From positions 28,485 to 92,484 of the forward strand of contig CAYZST010000002.1 in the NCBI GenBank assembly GCA_964480765.1: 64,000 nt of DNA, written 5' to 3'. Position numbers and translations under genes: made by a program. The notes beneath the pieces are model-generated. The model did no database searches, was not told where the DNA came from, and saw only the letters and a list, made by a program, of their open reading frames with translations. The stretch comes from an uncultured Arcobacter sp. Lineage in GTDB: Bacteria > Campylobacterota > Campylobacteria > Campylobacterales > Arcobacteraceae. Positions 26,505 to 39,518 of the stretch are shown here, in pieces (within the stretch, counting starts at the first letter, position 1; each line of letters opens with the position of its first letter).

Positions 26505-27458
26505 ATGAAAGATTTTTCTAGGTTTATAAAGATAGTTAAAGTCTACTCAGATATAGCAGGAAGAAGAAAAGGTGCAGGACTTGGAATAGATGCACTTGTG
26601 AAATCATGTGAAGAGAAAGGTTCTAGATACTTTAAAAAATATCCAGCTGAAGTAATTCTTCATGAAAACAGAGCATATGAAGAGAAGAGTAAATACAAAT
26701 ATGCAAAATATATTGATAAAATAAGTTTAGTTATAAATAGAGTCTCAAGTCGGATTAAAGAGCTTCGTGATGAAAAGTTCTTTCCTATTGTTTTATCAGG
26801 AGATCATGCTTCTTGTGCAGGAACAATGAAAGGTTTAAAATTGGCACATCCTGATGATGAAATAGGAGTTGTTTATATAGATGCCCATGCTGATATTCAT
26901 AGTCCATATACAAGTCCAAGTGGAAATATGCATGGTATGCCTTTATCAATAGTTACAGCAATAGATAATATTGAATCAAAAATAAATAATCCAACTATTG
27001 AAGAGCAAAGATATTGGGAAGATTTAAAAGGTTCTTCTCCTATTATTAAGCCTGAAAATATTGTTTTTTGTGCTTTAAGGGATTATGAACGTGCTGAAGA
27101 TGAATTAATAAATAAATATAGAATTAAAAAATATTCTGCAAAAGATATTACCTATTTGGGAATTAAAAAAATTGTTGATGAAATATTTATAAAACTAGAA
27201 AATTGTAAACACATCTATGTCTCTTTTGATGTGGATAGTATAGATCCTATTTACTTACCTGGAACAGGGACTCCAAGTGAAGATGGTTTGAGTTTTGAGC
27301 AAGCCTTACAATTAAATATGCAGTTGATAAAAAATGAAAAGGTATGTTGTTGGGAAATTGCTGAGATTAATCCAAAGTATGATGAAAATGGAAGAGGAAC
27401 AAAGGCTATTTTTAATATTTTAGAATTAGTGACAAAAATGTTAATTAAAAACTACTAA
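26505..27458 (+). CDS. Arginase-family ureohydrolase (arginase-like)
   Basis: Mn-binding motifs 'GDHAS', 'DAHADIHSP' and 'SFDVDSIDP'. Lies 6 nt after the OCD gene. Confidence 0.8.
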   Translation: MKDFSRFIKIVKVYSDIAGRRKGAGLGIDALVKSCEEKGSRYFKKYPAEVILHENRAYEEKSKYKYAKYIDKISLVINRVSSRIKELRDEKFFPIVLSGDHASCAGTMKGLKLAHPDDEIGVVYIDAHADIHSPYTSPSGNMHGMPLSIVTAIDNIESKINNPTIEEQRYWEDLKGSSPIIKPENIVFCALRDYERAEDELINKYRIKKYSAKDITYLGIKKIVDEIFIKLENCKHIYVSFDVDSIDPIYLPGTGTPSEDGLSFEQALQLNMQLIKNEKVCCWEIAEINPKYDENGRGTKAIFNILELVTKMLIKNY

Positions 27459-27524
27459 TAATGCTTTTATTAATCATAGTATAAATGAAGATATAAACCT
27501 TAATCTATTATATTACTACCTATA

Positions 27525-27533
27525 TGCTATAAT
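27525..27533 (+). promoter_or_regulatory. Putative extended -10 promoter (TGCTATAAT) for thiI
   Basis: Perfect TGnTATAAT 34 nt upstream of ATG 27567. Confidence 0.45.
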
Positions 27534-27566
27534 TGCAGCTTACAAAAAATTAAGGTTTTATAATAT

Positions 27567-29027
27567 ATGAATGATGTTCAAATAAATACACAAAAGTTTA
27601 TTGTTAAATTCTTTCCTGAAATTATGATAAAGGGGAGTAAAGCCAAAAGACAAATGGTTGATCAACTTTTTGCAAATCTTCAAAAGATACTTGGGAAAAT
27701 CGATAAAGATATAAAATTAAAAAAGTTTTTTGACAAAATAGAGATTGTTTGTTCTTTAGAGTTTGTTACAGAGATTAGACTAAAACTTCAAGAGACATCT
27801 GGCATTGAACTTGTGCTAGAGGCAATACAGTATGATAATGTAAAAACTATCGATGAAATAAAAGTTATAGTAAATAGAGCAATGGGCGATGAAATCATTG
27901 GAAAAACTTTTGTAGTAAGAGCTAAAAGATCTGGAACACATGATTTTAAATCAACTGAAATAGAAAGAATAGTTGGTGGATATATGTTAGCTCATAATAA
28001 AACAAAAGGTGTTGATTTAAAGAATGCTGAAGTAACTATTAATGTTGAACTTATTAATAATCAACTAAATATTATTACTCACAAATTTAAAGGTCTTTCA
28101 GGTTTTCCTATTGGGACTCAAGGGGAAATTTTATCTTTAATGTCAGGTGGGTTTGATTCTACAATTGCAAGTTATCTTATGATGAAAAGAGGAGTAAAAA
28201 CACATTTTATCTTTTTTAATCTTGGTGGCATTGCACATGAAATTGGAGTAAAACAGGTTGCCTTTTATCTATGGAATAAGTTTGGTTCTTCCCATAGGGT
28301 ATCTTTTATTTCTGTTCCTTTTGAAGATGTTGTAACTGAAATATTTAGGTCAACGAGTGAATCTTATATGGGAGTTACTCTTAAAAGACTTATGCTAATG
28401 GCGGCTGAAAAAATTGCTAATAATAAAGGTATTGATGCTTTAATGACAGGGGAGAGTGTAGCACAAGTATCTTCTCAAACTTTAAGAAATCTTGCCTTAA
28501 TTGATAAAGCAACTACTAAATTAGTATTAAGACCTCTTTCAACAATGAATAAACCACAAATTATAGATATATCAAACTCTATTGGTACTAGAAAGTTTGC
28601 AGAGACTATGCCAGAGTATTGTGGTGTTATCTCTAAAAATCCTGTAACTCATGGCTCATTTGATAGAATGGAAAAAGAGGCTAAGAAGTTTGATTACTCT
28701 GTTTTAAATAAAGCAGTAGAAGATGCAAAAGAGACTTATGTGGATGAGATTGTTAATGATATTGAAGATATAGGTCAAATTGAGATAATAAATGATTTAT
28801 CATCAAAAGAGTATATAGTTATTGATATTAGACAATCAAAAGATTGTATTGAAACATCTTGTGAAACTTTGAAGATTCCATTTTATAATTTAAAAACTGA
28901 GTTTAAAAAGCTTCCACAAGATAGACAATACCTTTTTTATTGTGATAAAGGGATATTAAGCCAATTACATGCACAATATTTAAGAGATTCAGGGAACTAT
29001 ACAAATATTAAGGTTTATAGACCTTAG
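27567..29027 (+). CDS. thiI: tRNA 4-thiouridine synthase ThiI with C-terminal rhodanese domain
   Basis: THUMP-like N-terminus, PP-loop 'SGGFDS', and a C-terminal rhodanese with 'YCDKG' active-site Cys. Confidence 0.9.
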   Translation: MNDVQINTQKFIVKFFPEIMIKGSKAKRQMVDQLFANLQKILGKIDKDIKLKKFFDKIEIVCSLEFVTEIRLKLQETSGIELVLEAIQYDNVKTIDEIKVIVNRAMGDEIIGKTFVVRAKRSGTHDFKSTEIERIVGGYMLAHNKTKGVDLKNAEVTINVELINNQLNIITHKFKGLSGFPIGTQGEILSLMSGGFDSTIASYLMMKRGVKTHFIFFNLGGIAHEIGVKQVAFYLWNKFGSSHRVSFISVPFEDVVTEIFRSTSESYMGVTLKRLMLMAAEKIANNKGIDALMTGESVAQVSSQTLRNLALIDKATTKLVLRPLSTMNKPQIIDISNSIGTRKFAETMPEYCGVISKNPVTHGSFDRMEKEAKKFDYSVLNKAVEDAKETYVDEIVNDIEDIGQIEIINDLSSKEYIVIDIRQSKDCIETSCETLKIPFYNLKTEFKKLPQDRQYLFYCDKGILSQLHAQYLRDSGNYTNIKVYRP

Positions 29028-29157
29028 TATCTATATAATTAAATATATTTGAAAACTAATGATGTTAATGTTGTATATATGATAAAGGTTAATATTATTT
29101 TTATTTAGATGTAATTTTTATCTAGATTAAATAAAATTAAGTCTAAGTTTTTTTAGA

Positions 29158-29168
29158 TATAATCGCGA
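29158..29168 (+). promoter_or_regulatory. Putative -10 (TATAAT) plus CGCGA discriminator for the ABC-F gene
   Basis: TATAATCGCGA lies 29 nt upstream of ATG 29197. It shares the string TAYAATCGCGA with the dapE upstream region. Confidence 0.4.
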
Positions 29169-29196
29169 TATAAAATAGTAATGGAGAATTCAATAT

Positions 29197-30789
29197 ATGG
29201 TTCAAGTAGTAAACCTTAAAAAAGCATTTGGTCCAAGAGTGTTATTTCAAGATATTAATTTAAAACTAGATACAGGGAAAAGATATGGACTTATCGGTGC
29301 TAATGGTGCTGGAAAATCAACATTTCTTAAAATCCTTTCTGGGGAAGAAGATGCAACAGAGGGTGAAATTCAAGTTCAAAATGGAAAAAAAGTTGGTGTT
29401 TTAGGACAAAATCAATTCGCTTATGAGTCTTATTCACTTTTTGATACAGTTCTTTTAGGAAATAAAAGATTATATAATGCAATAAAAGAGAAAGAAGAGT
29501 TATATATGAGTCCAGAGTTTACTGATGAAGTAAACAATAGACTTGCGGAACTAGAGATTATATGTGTTGAAGAAGACCCAACATATGAGTATGATGTTAA
29601 AATTACTAAAATTCTAGAAGATTTAGGCTTTCCATCAGCAACTCATAATAATTTGATGTCAACATTAACAGGTGGAGATAAGTTTAAAATTTTATTAGCA
29701 CAGGTTTTATTCCCTAAACCAGATGTTTTATTTTTAGATGAGCCTACAAATAACCTTGATATTTCTACAATTGGTTGGTTAGAAAATCAATTACAGCACC
29801 ATGATGGAACAATGGTTGTTATCTCTCACGATAGACACTTTTTAAATGCAGTTTGTACACATATTTTAGATGTTGATTTTAAAAAAATTAGAGAGTTTAC
29901 TGGTAATTATGATGATTGGTATATTGCTTCAACTGTATTAGCAAAACAGCAACAAGCTGATATGAGTAAAAAGTTAAAAGAGAAAGAAGAGCTTGAAAAA
30001 TTTATTGCTAGGTTTTCTGCTAATGCTTCTAAAGCCAAACAAGCAACTTCTAGACAAAAACAATTAGACAAATTAGATATTGGTGCTATTGAAATTTCAA
30101 GTAGGAGAGATCCTTCTATTATTTTTAAACAAAAAAGAGAAGTTGGTAAAGAGCTTTTAACTGTTAAAGGAATCTCAAAATCATATGATACTCAAGTGGT
30201 TTTAAATGATATATCATTTAGTGTTGAGAAGGGTGATAAAATTGCACTTATTGGACCAAATGGTATTGGTAAAACAACATTATGTGAAATTATTGTTGAA
30301 AATATAAAACCAGATTCAGGTGAAATTCATTGGGGTGCAACAATTCAAAATGGTTATTTCCCTCAAAATGCTACTGATTTAATTTTTGGTGATATTACAC
30401 TTTATGATTGGTTAAGATCTTTTGATAGAGATGCAGATATTTCTGAGATTAGAAACTGTCTTGGAAGAATGCTATTTAATGGTCAAGAACAAGAGAAAAA
30501 AGTTGAATCTTGTTCAGGGGGAGAAAAGCATAGAATGTGGCTTTCAAAAATTATGCTAGAACAACCAAACTTTATGGTACTAGATGAACCAACAAATCAC
30601 TTAGATCTTGAAGCTATTATTGCACTAGGAGAGAGCTTATTGTCATATCAGGGTTCAGTTATTTGTGTATCTCATGATAGGGAACTACTTGATGCTTTTG
30701 CAAATAGAATTATTGAGATTCAAGAGGATGGTTCTATTATTGATTTCAAAGGAAGTTATGAAGAGTATATTGAGTCTAAAGAGTCTTGA
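29197..30789 (+). CDS. ABC-F family ATPase (two ABC domains, no TM domain)
   Basis: Two Walker A sites (GANGAGKST, GPNGIGKTT), two signatures (LTGGDKF, CSGGEKHR) and a charged linker between them. Confidence 0.9.
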   Translation: MVQVVNLKKAFGPRVLFQDINLKLDTGKRYGLIGANGAGKSTFLKILSGEEDATEGEIQVQNGKKVGVLGQNQFAYESYSLFDTVLLGNKRLYNAIKEKEELYMSPEFTDEVNNRLAELEIICVEEDPTYEYDVKITKILEDLGFPSATHNNLMSTLTGGDKFKILLAQVLFPKPDVLFLDEPTNNLDISTIGWLENQLQHHDGTMVVISHDRHFLNAVCTHILDVDFKKIREFTGNYDDWYIASTVLAKQQQADMSKKLKEKEELEKFIARFSANASKAKQATSRQKQLDKLDIGAIEISSRRDPSIIFKQKREVGKELLTVKGISKSYDTQVVLNDISFSVEKGDKIALIGPNGIGKTTLCEIIVENIKPDSGEIHWGATIQNGYFPQNATDLIFGDITLYDWLRSFDRDADISEIRNCLGRMLFNGQEQEKKVESCSGGEKHRMWLSKIMLEQPNFMVLDEPTNHLDLEAIIALGESLLSYQGSVICVSHDRELLDAFANRIIEIQEDGSIIDFKGSYEEYIESKES

Positions 30790-30804
30790 TTTTTGGGTTT
30801 TAAA

Positions 30805-30833
30805 GAAAAAAAGAAGGGAAATCCTTCTTTTTT
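30805..30833. terminator. Bidirectional rho-independent terminator
   Basis: A-run, AAGAAGG(30811-30817)/CCTTCTT(30823-30829) with loop GAAAT, then a T-run. It sits between convergent genes ending at 30789 (+) and 30848 (-). Confidence 0.75.
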
Positions 30834-30847
30834 GTGATATTTTTTAA

Positions 30848-31321
30848 TTATTTTGCATGTCTTGATGCCATTCTAACTTCTCTTCTTTTTATGGCATCAT
30901 TGTATCTTCTTTTTTCATCTTCAGTTTTAGGTTCAAGTTTAGGTACAGAGACAGGTTCTCCTTCTTCATCCACTGCAACCATTGTGAAGTAGCAAACGTT
31001 AGTATTCTTCATTGTATGATCTTTAATATCTTCTGAAATAACTTTAATTCCTACTTCCATTGATGTTCTTCCTGTATAGTTTACAGAGGCATGGAAAGTG
31101 ACTAAAGATCCAATTTTAATGGGGTTTTTAAAAAGAACCATATCCACTGAAAGTGTTACAACATAAGTACCTGTATATCTTGCTCCACATGCATATGCAA
31201 CATGATCTAGCATTTTAAGAATTTCGCCACCATGTACATTTTTCCCAGTAAAGTTTGCTTTCTCTGGTGTCATTAACATTGTCATAGTTATTGATTTATC
31301 ACCTGCATGAACACTACTCAT
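30848..31321 (-). CDS. Acyl-CoA thioesterase (hotdog fold, YciA-like)
   Basis: 157 aa. 'NVHGGEILKMLDHVAYACG' and 'VAVDEEGEPVSVP' are typical of the family. Confidence 0.8.
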   Translation of the reverse strand: MSSVHAGDKSITMTMLMTPEKANFTGKNVHGGEILKMLDHVAYACGARYTGTYVVTLSVDMVLFKNPIKIGSLVTFHASVNYTGRTSMEVGIKVISEDIKDHTMKNTNVCYFTMVAVDEEGEPVSVPKLEPKTEDEKRRYNDAIKRREVRMASRHAK

Positions 31322-31580
31322 AATTATAGCCTTTTTTATAAATATATAATAGTATTATAAAATATTAAATACTAATATTTAAATTAAACTAGATTAAAGT
31401 TAATTAATTTAAAAAAAAACATAAAAAAGGTAACACATTCTATACTTTGAAAATTTAAGTAAATTTATTAGTTAAATAAAGTATTAAGTTAATAGTATTA
31501 AAATTGTTAACTTAAGATAGGGTTTATAAATAAACAATAAATTTACTTTATAATTATTTTTTCCAGACAGAGGAGAAGTT

Positions 31581-32369
31581 ATGAGAGTTCTATTCATTAC
31601 AATTGTTCTTGCGATGACTTTGTTATCAACAGAGATAACCTTAGGTGTTGTTCCTCAACAAAGTCCTTTAAAATTATCAAAAAAATGGTTACAAGTGACT
31701 TCTTATTTAGAAAAACAGACAGGTATTAAAGTTATTTTTAAAACAGAAACTTCAATTCCTAAGTTTGAAAAAAAGCTTTATAATGGTGAATATGATATCT
31801 CATATATGAATCCTTATCATTTTATAGTAGCTCATAAAAAAAGAAATTATGAAGCTTTTACAAGAGCAGATAAAAAAATCGTAGGTATTTTACTTGCAAA
31901 AGAAAAAGGTTTTGATGTAACAAAAAGAGAAAATGTAGAAGGTAAAACTTTTCTTTTCCCTGCACCAAATGCCTTTGCTGCAACTTTATTGACAAAATTT
32001 GAGTTAAGACAGAAGTATAATTTTAATATAGATAAAGATGCAAAGGTACTATATGTTAATTCTCATGATTCTGTTTATAAAGGAGTTTCAAGAGATATTG
32101 GTTTAGTTGGAGGTGGTATTATAAGAACATTTAATAATTTTATTGATAAAAATGATAAAGATAACTTACATATTGTTTATAAAACTTCTGCATATCCAAG
32201 TCATCCCATTGCAGCACATCCAAGGCTTGATAAAAGTTTAGTAAAAAAATTACAACAAGCTTTTTTAAATATGCCAGAGAATATTAAAGAGTTATTAAGC
32301 ATTAAAAATTTTATAATAACTGATTCTACTGAGTATGAAGTCATTTCCAATGTTAAAGAGGTTGAATAA
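31581..32369 (+). CDS. PhnD-like periplasmic substrate-binding protein (no cognate ABC permease/ATPase nearby)
   Basis: Signal peptide, then 'LGVVPQQSP…' typical of phosphonate/phosphite-type binding proteins. Followed 10 nt later by a histidine kinase. Confidence 0.65.
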   Translation: MRVLFITIVLAMTLLSTEITLGVVPQQSPLKLSKKWLQVTSYLEKQTGIKVIFKTETSIPKFEKKLYNGEYDISYMNPYHFIVAHKKRNYEAFTRADKKIVGILLAKEKGFDVTKRENVEGKTFLFPAPNAFAATLLTKFELRQKYNFNIDKDAKVLYVNSHDSVYKGVSRDIGLVGGGIIRTFNNFIDKNDKDNLHIVYKTSAYPSHPIAAHPRLDKSLVKKLQQAFLNMPENIKELLSIKNFIITDSTEYEVISNVKEVE

Positions 32370-32379
32370 AGAGTTTTAA

Positions 32380-34212
32380 ATGACATTTAAATATAGATTT
32401 ATTCTATTTTTTGTATTAATTGAAATAGTTTTTATTACATTAATTGTTACAATGAATTTTGTAACAATTAATGATTCTTCAAAAAAATTAACAGAGGAAA
32501 AAATTCAATCAAATATAGAGTTTTTAGATCAATTGTTTAAAGTACCAATTAGTATTTATGACTTAGCTACTTTAGATAATCTTGTTTCAAAGACTAGTAC
32601 TTTAGACTACGTGAACTCTTTAGTCCTTTTAGACTCTCAGGATAAGATACTCTCTAAAAAGTATAGTTTTAAACATATAAAATTAAAGCAACTATTAAAA
32701 ACAAAGAGAGATCAAACTTTTAATTTTGAAGATGAAACCTATGAAGTAAGATACAAAGAGCTTATTGAAGATGAGATAAAGTTAGGCTCTTTTTATATTA
32801 TTTTTGATACTTCTGAGAATTTTAGATTTATTAAAACGGCAATGAAAAATACGGGATTAATAATCCTATTAGAGATTCTTTTATCAACAATTTTATCTTA
32901 TGTTATAGGTAGTAGGTTAACTATTATGCTTACAAAACTATCTAAAACAGCCAAAGAGATTGGTGAGTATAAATATCCTGAAGTACCTTATCAAAATAAG
33001 AGTGATGAAATTGGAATTCTTGCAAAATCGATGGCTCAAATGTTAATTGATTTAAAAGAGAGAAATGAAAAGTTGAAAAATTTAGCAAGAGAGTTAAATT
33101 TGCAAAAAAATGAATTAATTAAAGCAAATAAATCAAAAGATGATTTTTTAGCAAATATGAGTCATGAGTTAAAAACGCCATTAAATTCTATAAATGTAAT
33201 CTCTTCTGTGATGATGAAGAATCGAAGAGGAACACTTGAAGAAGAGCATATTAAAAACCTTAGTATAATAAATAAATGTGGGAAAGATCTACTATATTTA
33301 ATTAATGATATATTAGATCTATCTAAGCTTGAAGCAGGAGAGTTAGTATTAAACTATGATTCTATTGATTTTACTGAAATGATGAGTGAAATAAAAGATA
33401 TGTTTGAACTACAAATAAAACAAAAAAATTTAGAATTTATATATAAAGTTCCAAATGATATTACATATATTTATAGTGATAAAAATAGAGTTGGTCAAAT
33501 TATAAAAAATTTACTTAGTAATGCTCTAAAATTTACTGAAAAGGGTTCAATAAGTTTATGTGTTAATGATCTAGGTGAAAAAATTGAAATAATAGTTGAA
33601 GATCAAGGAATTGGTATAGAAAAAGAGAAAATAAAGACAATATTTGATAGATTTAAACAAGCTGATGAAAAAACAAATAGAAAATTTGGTGGTACTGGTT
33701 TGGGACTTGCAATTTGTAAAGAGTTATCTCTTCTTTTGGGTGGAGATATTTTTGTAAAGAGTAAAATAGCTAAAGGGACACTATTTAAAGTAGAAATACC
33801 AAAAAGAGAAAATGAGGTTGATAAATCTCTTTTTAGAAAACAAAACCTTGATAAAAAGAAAGATAGTTTAGAGTCAAACTCCTTAAGTGAAGAGGTTTTA
33901 CTTTTAAATAATGATCCGATATCTTTTATGAATATTGTTGTTTTATTAAAAAGAATATGTAGTCTAGAACAAGTAAATGATTTATCAAAATTAATTTCAT
34001 TAGTGGAAAATAGAATATATAAGTATGTTATAATTGATTTATCTACTATTGATGTTGAAAAAATTATTGAAATAGTTAAAAAATATGACTTACGTTTAAT
34101 TTTGATTATTGATGATGAAAATGTTTTAAATAGGGATATAAAGAATCATTCAGTTGCGGTATTAAAAAAACCAATAAAGAAAGAAGAACTAATAAAAATT
34201 ATAGAAGGATAA
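32380..34212 (+). CDS. Membrane sensor histidine kinase (2 TM, HAMP, HisKA, HATPase_c) with C-terminal receiver-like domain
   Basis: H-box 'FLANMSHELKTPLNSI', N-box 'NLLSNALKF', G-boxes 'DQGIGI' and 'GGTGLGLAICK'. The C-terminal region of about 110 aa carries 'LLLNNDP', 'IIDLS' and 'LKKPI'. Confidence 0.9.
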   Translation: MTFKYRFILFFVLIEIVFITLIVTMNFVTINDSSKKLTEEKIQSNIEFLDQLFKVPISIYDLATLDNLVSKTSTLDYVNSLVLLDSQDKILSKKYSFKHIKLKQLLKTKRDQTFNFEDETYEVRYKELIEDEIKLGSFYIIFDTSENFRFIKTAMKNTGLIILLEILLSTILSYVIGSRLTIMLTKLSKTAKEIGEYKYPEVPYQNKSDEIGILAKSMAQMLIDLKERNEKLKNLARELNLQKNELIKANKSKDDFLANMSHELKTPLNSINVISSVMMKNRRGTLEEEHIKNLSIINKCGKDLLYLINDILDLSKLEAGELVLNYDSIDFTEMMSEIKDMFELQIKQKNLEFIYKVPNDITYIYSDKNRVGQIIKNLLSNALKFTEKGSISLCVNDLGEKIEIIVEDQGIGIEKEKIKTIFDRFKQADEKTNRKFGGTGLGLAICKELSLLLGGDIFVKSKIAKGTLFKVEIPKRENEVDKSLFRKQNLDKKKDSLESNSLSEEVLLLNNDPISFMNIVVLLKRICSLEQVNDLSKLISLVENRIYKYVIIDLSTIDVEKIIEIVKKYDLRLILIIDDENVLNRDIKNHSVAVLKKPIKKEELIKIIEG

Positions 34213-34215
34213 AAG

Positions 34216-36755
<2,540 letters not shown>

Positions 36756-36905
36756 TTAATCTCTTTATCTTAAATTAAAAATTTATTGTATCAAAAGTTG
36801 GTTTATTATTATAAAAATAATATAAATAGTAACATTTTGATAATACTAAGATTTTAATATTATTATGATATTATTTTAATATATAATAGAACTAAAGGGA
36901 GTTTT

Positions 36906-37634
36906 ATGGGAAAAATTACTCTTCTATTTTTATTAGTGTTTTTTAGTTCATTTTTAGTGGCAAAACAAGAGATTATTGTATATACCTATCATAATCATGG
37001 ACCCTTTATAATAGAAAATAAAGGACTTAGTTTTGATTTAATTAATTATTTAAATCAAAATCAAAATGAATACAATTTTAAATTAAAAATTATTCCTAGA
37101 AAAAGATTAAACTATATCTTAGAACCTTGGATAAATAAAGAGTGTGTAAATGAAAAAAAATGTCATAAAGACTGGATGGTTCTTTGGGTAAATCATAATT
37201 GGAACTTTGGGGAAGATTCTTTAAAAAATTTTTTGTGGACACCACTATTGAAAGATACGAATATAATTATATCTTCATCTAAAAATAAATTTGAGTATAC
37301 AAATGTTTATAGTTTGGTAAATAGAAGCTTTGCAGGTATTGATGGACATAGATATATTGGTATTGATGATCTTGTAGAAAAAGGATTAATTAAAAGAATT
37401 GATGGGAAAAGTGAAGTTAAAAATTTAGAGCTTTTAATAAAACAAAGAATAGATGTTACAATTTTGCCAAATTCAGCATTTATTTATTATAAAAATGCAA
37501 ATTCTAAATTTAAAACTTTATATAGTTCAAAGACTCCCCAGCAAGTATATATGAGAAATATTATGACAAATAGTTATAATACAAAACTTATAAAAAAACT
37601 TGATAGTTTAAGATTAGAAGAACTTTATAAGTAA
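36906..37634 (+). CDS. Periplasmic family-3-like substrate-binding protein (orphan)
   Basis: Signal peptide plus a binding-protein-like sequence of about 220 aa (e.g. 'IDVTILPNSAF'). Directly precedes a histidine kinase. Confidence 0.45.
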   Translation: MGKITLLFLLVFFSSFLVAKQEIIVYTYHNHGPFIIENKGLSFDLINYLNQNQNEYNFKLKIIPRKRLNYILEPWINKECVNEKKCHKDWMVLWVNHNWNFGEDSLKNFLWTPLLKDTNIIISSSKNKFEYTNVYSLVNRSFAGIDGHRYIGIDDLVEKGLIKRIDGKSEVKNLELLIKQRIDVTILPNSAFIYYKNANSKFKTLYSSKTPQQVYMRNIMTNSYNTKLIKKLDSLRLEELYK

Positions 37635-37646
37635 AGGTAAATTTTT

Positions 37647-39518
37647 ATGTTTAGATTTAAAGACACGATAGGGAATTTATTATTTAAAAAAATTTTTTAT
37701 GGATATATTCTATTAATGATATTAATTAGTTCTTATCAGATTTATGCAGAATATACCTCTGCACAAAAGTATATTGAAAAAGAGTTACTTAGTGCTGAAA
37801 AATCTTTTAGTCCAATTTTGTCTAAAAGTGTTTGGCATTTTGATGAGGCAATTATTAAATCTGAGGCAAAAGCTATTTTAAGCTATGGAAATATTGAAGG
37901 TGTAGCTATAGTTTCTCCAAATGATGAAGTTTTTATACTTGATGGTTTGATTTCTTTAGATATGAAAGAGTATAAAAAGTATATTTTTAAAGATCAGTCT
38001 CTTTTTAAAGTTAAATATTCTGATAATCTTCTTCAAAGAAGTTTCAATCTAAAAGATGAACTAATTTCTAATGAAGTTTTAGCTAAAGTTACTTTTTTTA
38101 TTGATAAAAATAAGGTTTTTGAAATTGTTCAAGAGAGTGTCTCTTTAATTTTATTCAATGTTATTTTAAGTGCAATTATTTTATGGATGCTATTTATCTA
38201 TTTTGCAAATAAGATTTTAACTGAACCTTTAGAGGACTTAATTAAAGCTACAAAAGAGTTGGGTGAGAAAACTTATAATGAAACAGAGATTAAGTTTAAT
38301 ACCCATAGACATCACGAATTAAATACCTTAACTGAAAACTTTAATATCATGTCAAAACAGATTAATGAAGCTTTCATTAATATGAAACAGCTTACTATTA
38401 TCCAAAATAAACAGAAAAAAGATCTTGAAGAGGCAAATAAATATAAAAATGATTTCTTGGCTAATATGAGTCATGAATTAAAAACTCCTCTTAATTCGAT
38501 TAATGTAATTAGTTCAGTTATGATGAAAAATAGAAAAAATGAACTTAGTCCTGAACATGTAAAAAATTTAAAAGTAATCAATAATTGTGGAAATGATTTA
38601 TTATACTTAATAAATGATGTTTTAGATATATCTAAACTTGAAGCAGGTGAAGTCACTTTAAATATGCAACAAATTGATTTAGAAGCTTTAATGTATAGTA
38701 TAAAAGATATGTTTGAACCACAAGTTCAACAAAAAAAGCTTAATTTAATTTTTGAGTATGATAATTCTATTGGAGATATCTATAGTGATGAAGTTAGAAT
38801 TAAGCAGATAATAAAAAATCTTTTAAGTAATGCAATAAAATTTGTAAAAGATGGCACAATAAAATTTTTAATAACACAAGAAAATGATTTTGTAAAAGTT
38901 GATGTTGAAGATGATGGGATAGGAATTCCAAAAGATAAATTAGATCATATTTTTGATAGATTTAAACAAGCAGATGGAAGTACTACAAGAAAATATGGTG
39001 GTACAGGTTTAGGATTAGCAATTTGTAAAGAGTTATTAGATTTACTTCATGGAAGTATTAGTGTTGAAAGTGAAGTTGATGTGGGAACTAAATTTACAGT
39101 ATTAATTCCTAAAAATTCAGAAAATGTAAAAGTGGTACTAAAAGAGGATAAAGAAGAGACTCCTATTGAGGAAGAAAAACAGAAGAGTAATAGAGCCTTA
39201 ATTTTAAATAATGATCCTTTAACTTTTTTGCCACTTGTAGTTGAGCTAAAAAAAGAGTTTGAAGTTGACCAATCAAGTAAAATTGTAGATTTTTTTGCTT
39301 ATCATAAAAAAAATAACTATGCTTTAGTTATTTTAGATATAAGTGGACACAAAGAGGAAAATATAATTAAGGTGATAAACTCTATAAAAGAACCTATTGT
39401 TATTGTATCTAGTGAAGAGACAACAACAAAGATAAAAGAGTTAGTAAAATCATTCTTTATTAAACCAATTGACAAAGAGTTATTTATTGAAAAGATTAGA
39501 GGAATAATAAATGGATAA
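37647..39518 (+). CDS. Membrane sensor histidine kinase, paralogue of 32380-34212
   Basis: H-box region 'KNDFLANMSHELKTPLNSINVISSVMMKNR…LLYLINDVLDISKLEAGE' is nearly identical to the first kinase. It has the same C-terminal receiver-like domain ('LILNNDP', 'ILDIS', 'FIKPI'). Confidence 0.9.
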   Translation: MFRFKDTIGNLLFKKIFYGYILLMILISSYQIYAEYTSAQKYIEKELLSAEKSFSPILSKSVWHFDEAIIKSEAKAILSYGNIEGVAIVSPNDEVFILDGLISLDMKEYKKYIFKDQSLFKVKYSDNLLQRSFNLKDELISNEVLAKVTFFIDKNKVFEIVQESVSLILFNVILSAIILWMLFIYFANKILTEPLEDLIKATKELGEKTYNETEIKFNTHRHHELNTLTENFNIMSKQINEAFINMKQLTIIQNKQKKDLEEANKYKNDFLANMSHELKTPLNSINVISSVMMKNRKNELSPEHVKNLKVINNCGNDLLYLINDVLDISKLEAGEVTLNMQQIDLEALMYSIKDMFEPQVQQKKLNLIFEYDNSIGDIYSDEVRIKQIIKNLLSNAIKFVKDGTIKFLITQENDFVKVDVEDDGIGIPKDKLDHIFDRFKQADGSTTRKYGGTGLGLAICKELLDLLHGSISVESEVDVGTKFTVLIPKNSENVKVVLKEDKEETPIEEEKQKSNRALILNNDPLTFLPLVVELKKEFEVDQSSKIVDFFAYHKKNNYALVILDISGHKEENIIKVINSIKEPIVIVSSEETTTKIKELVKSFFIKPIDKELFIEKIRGIING

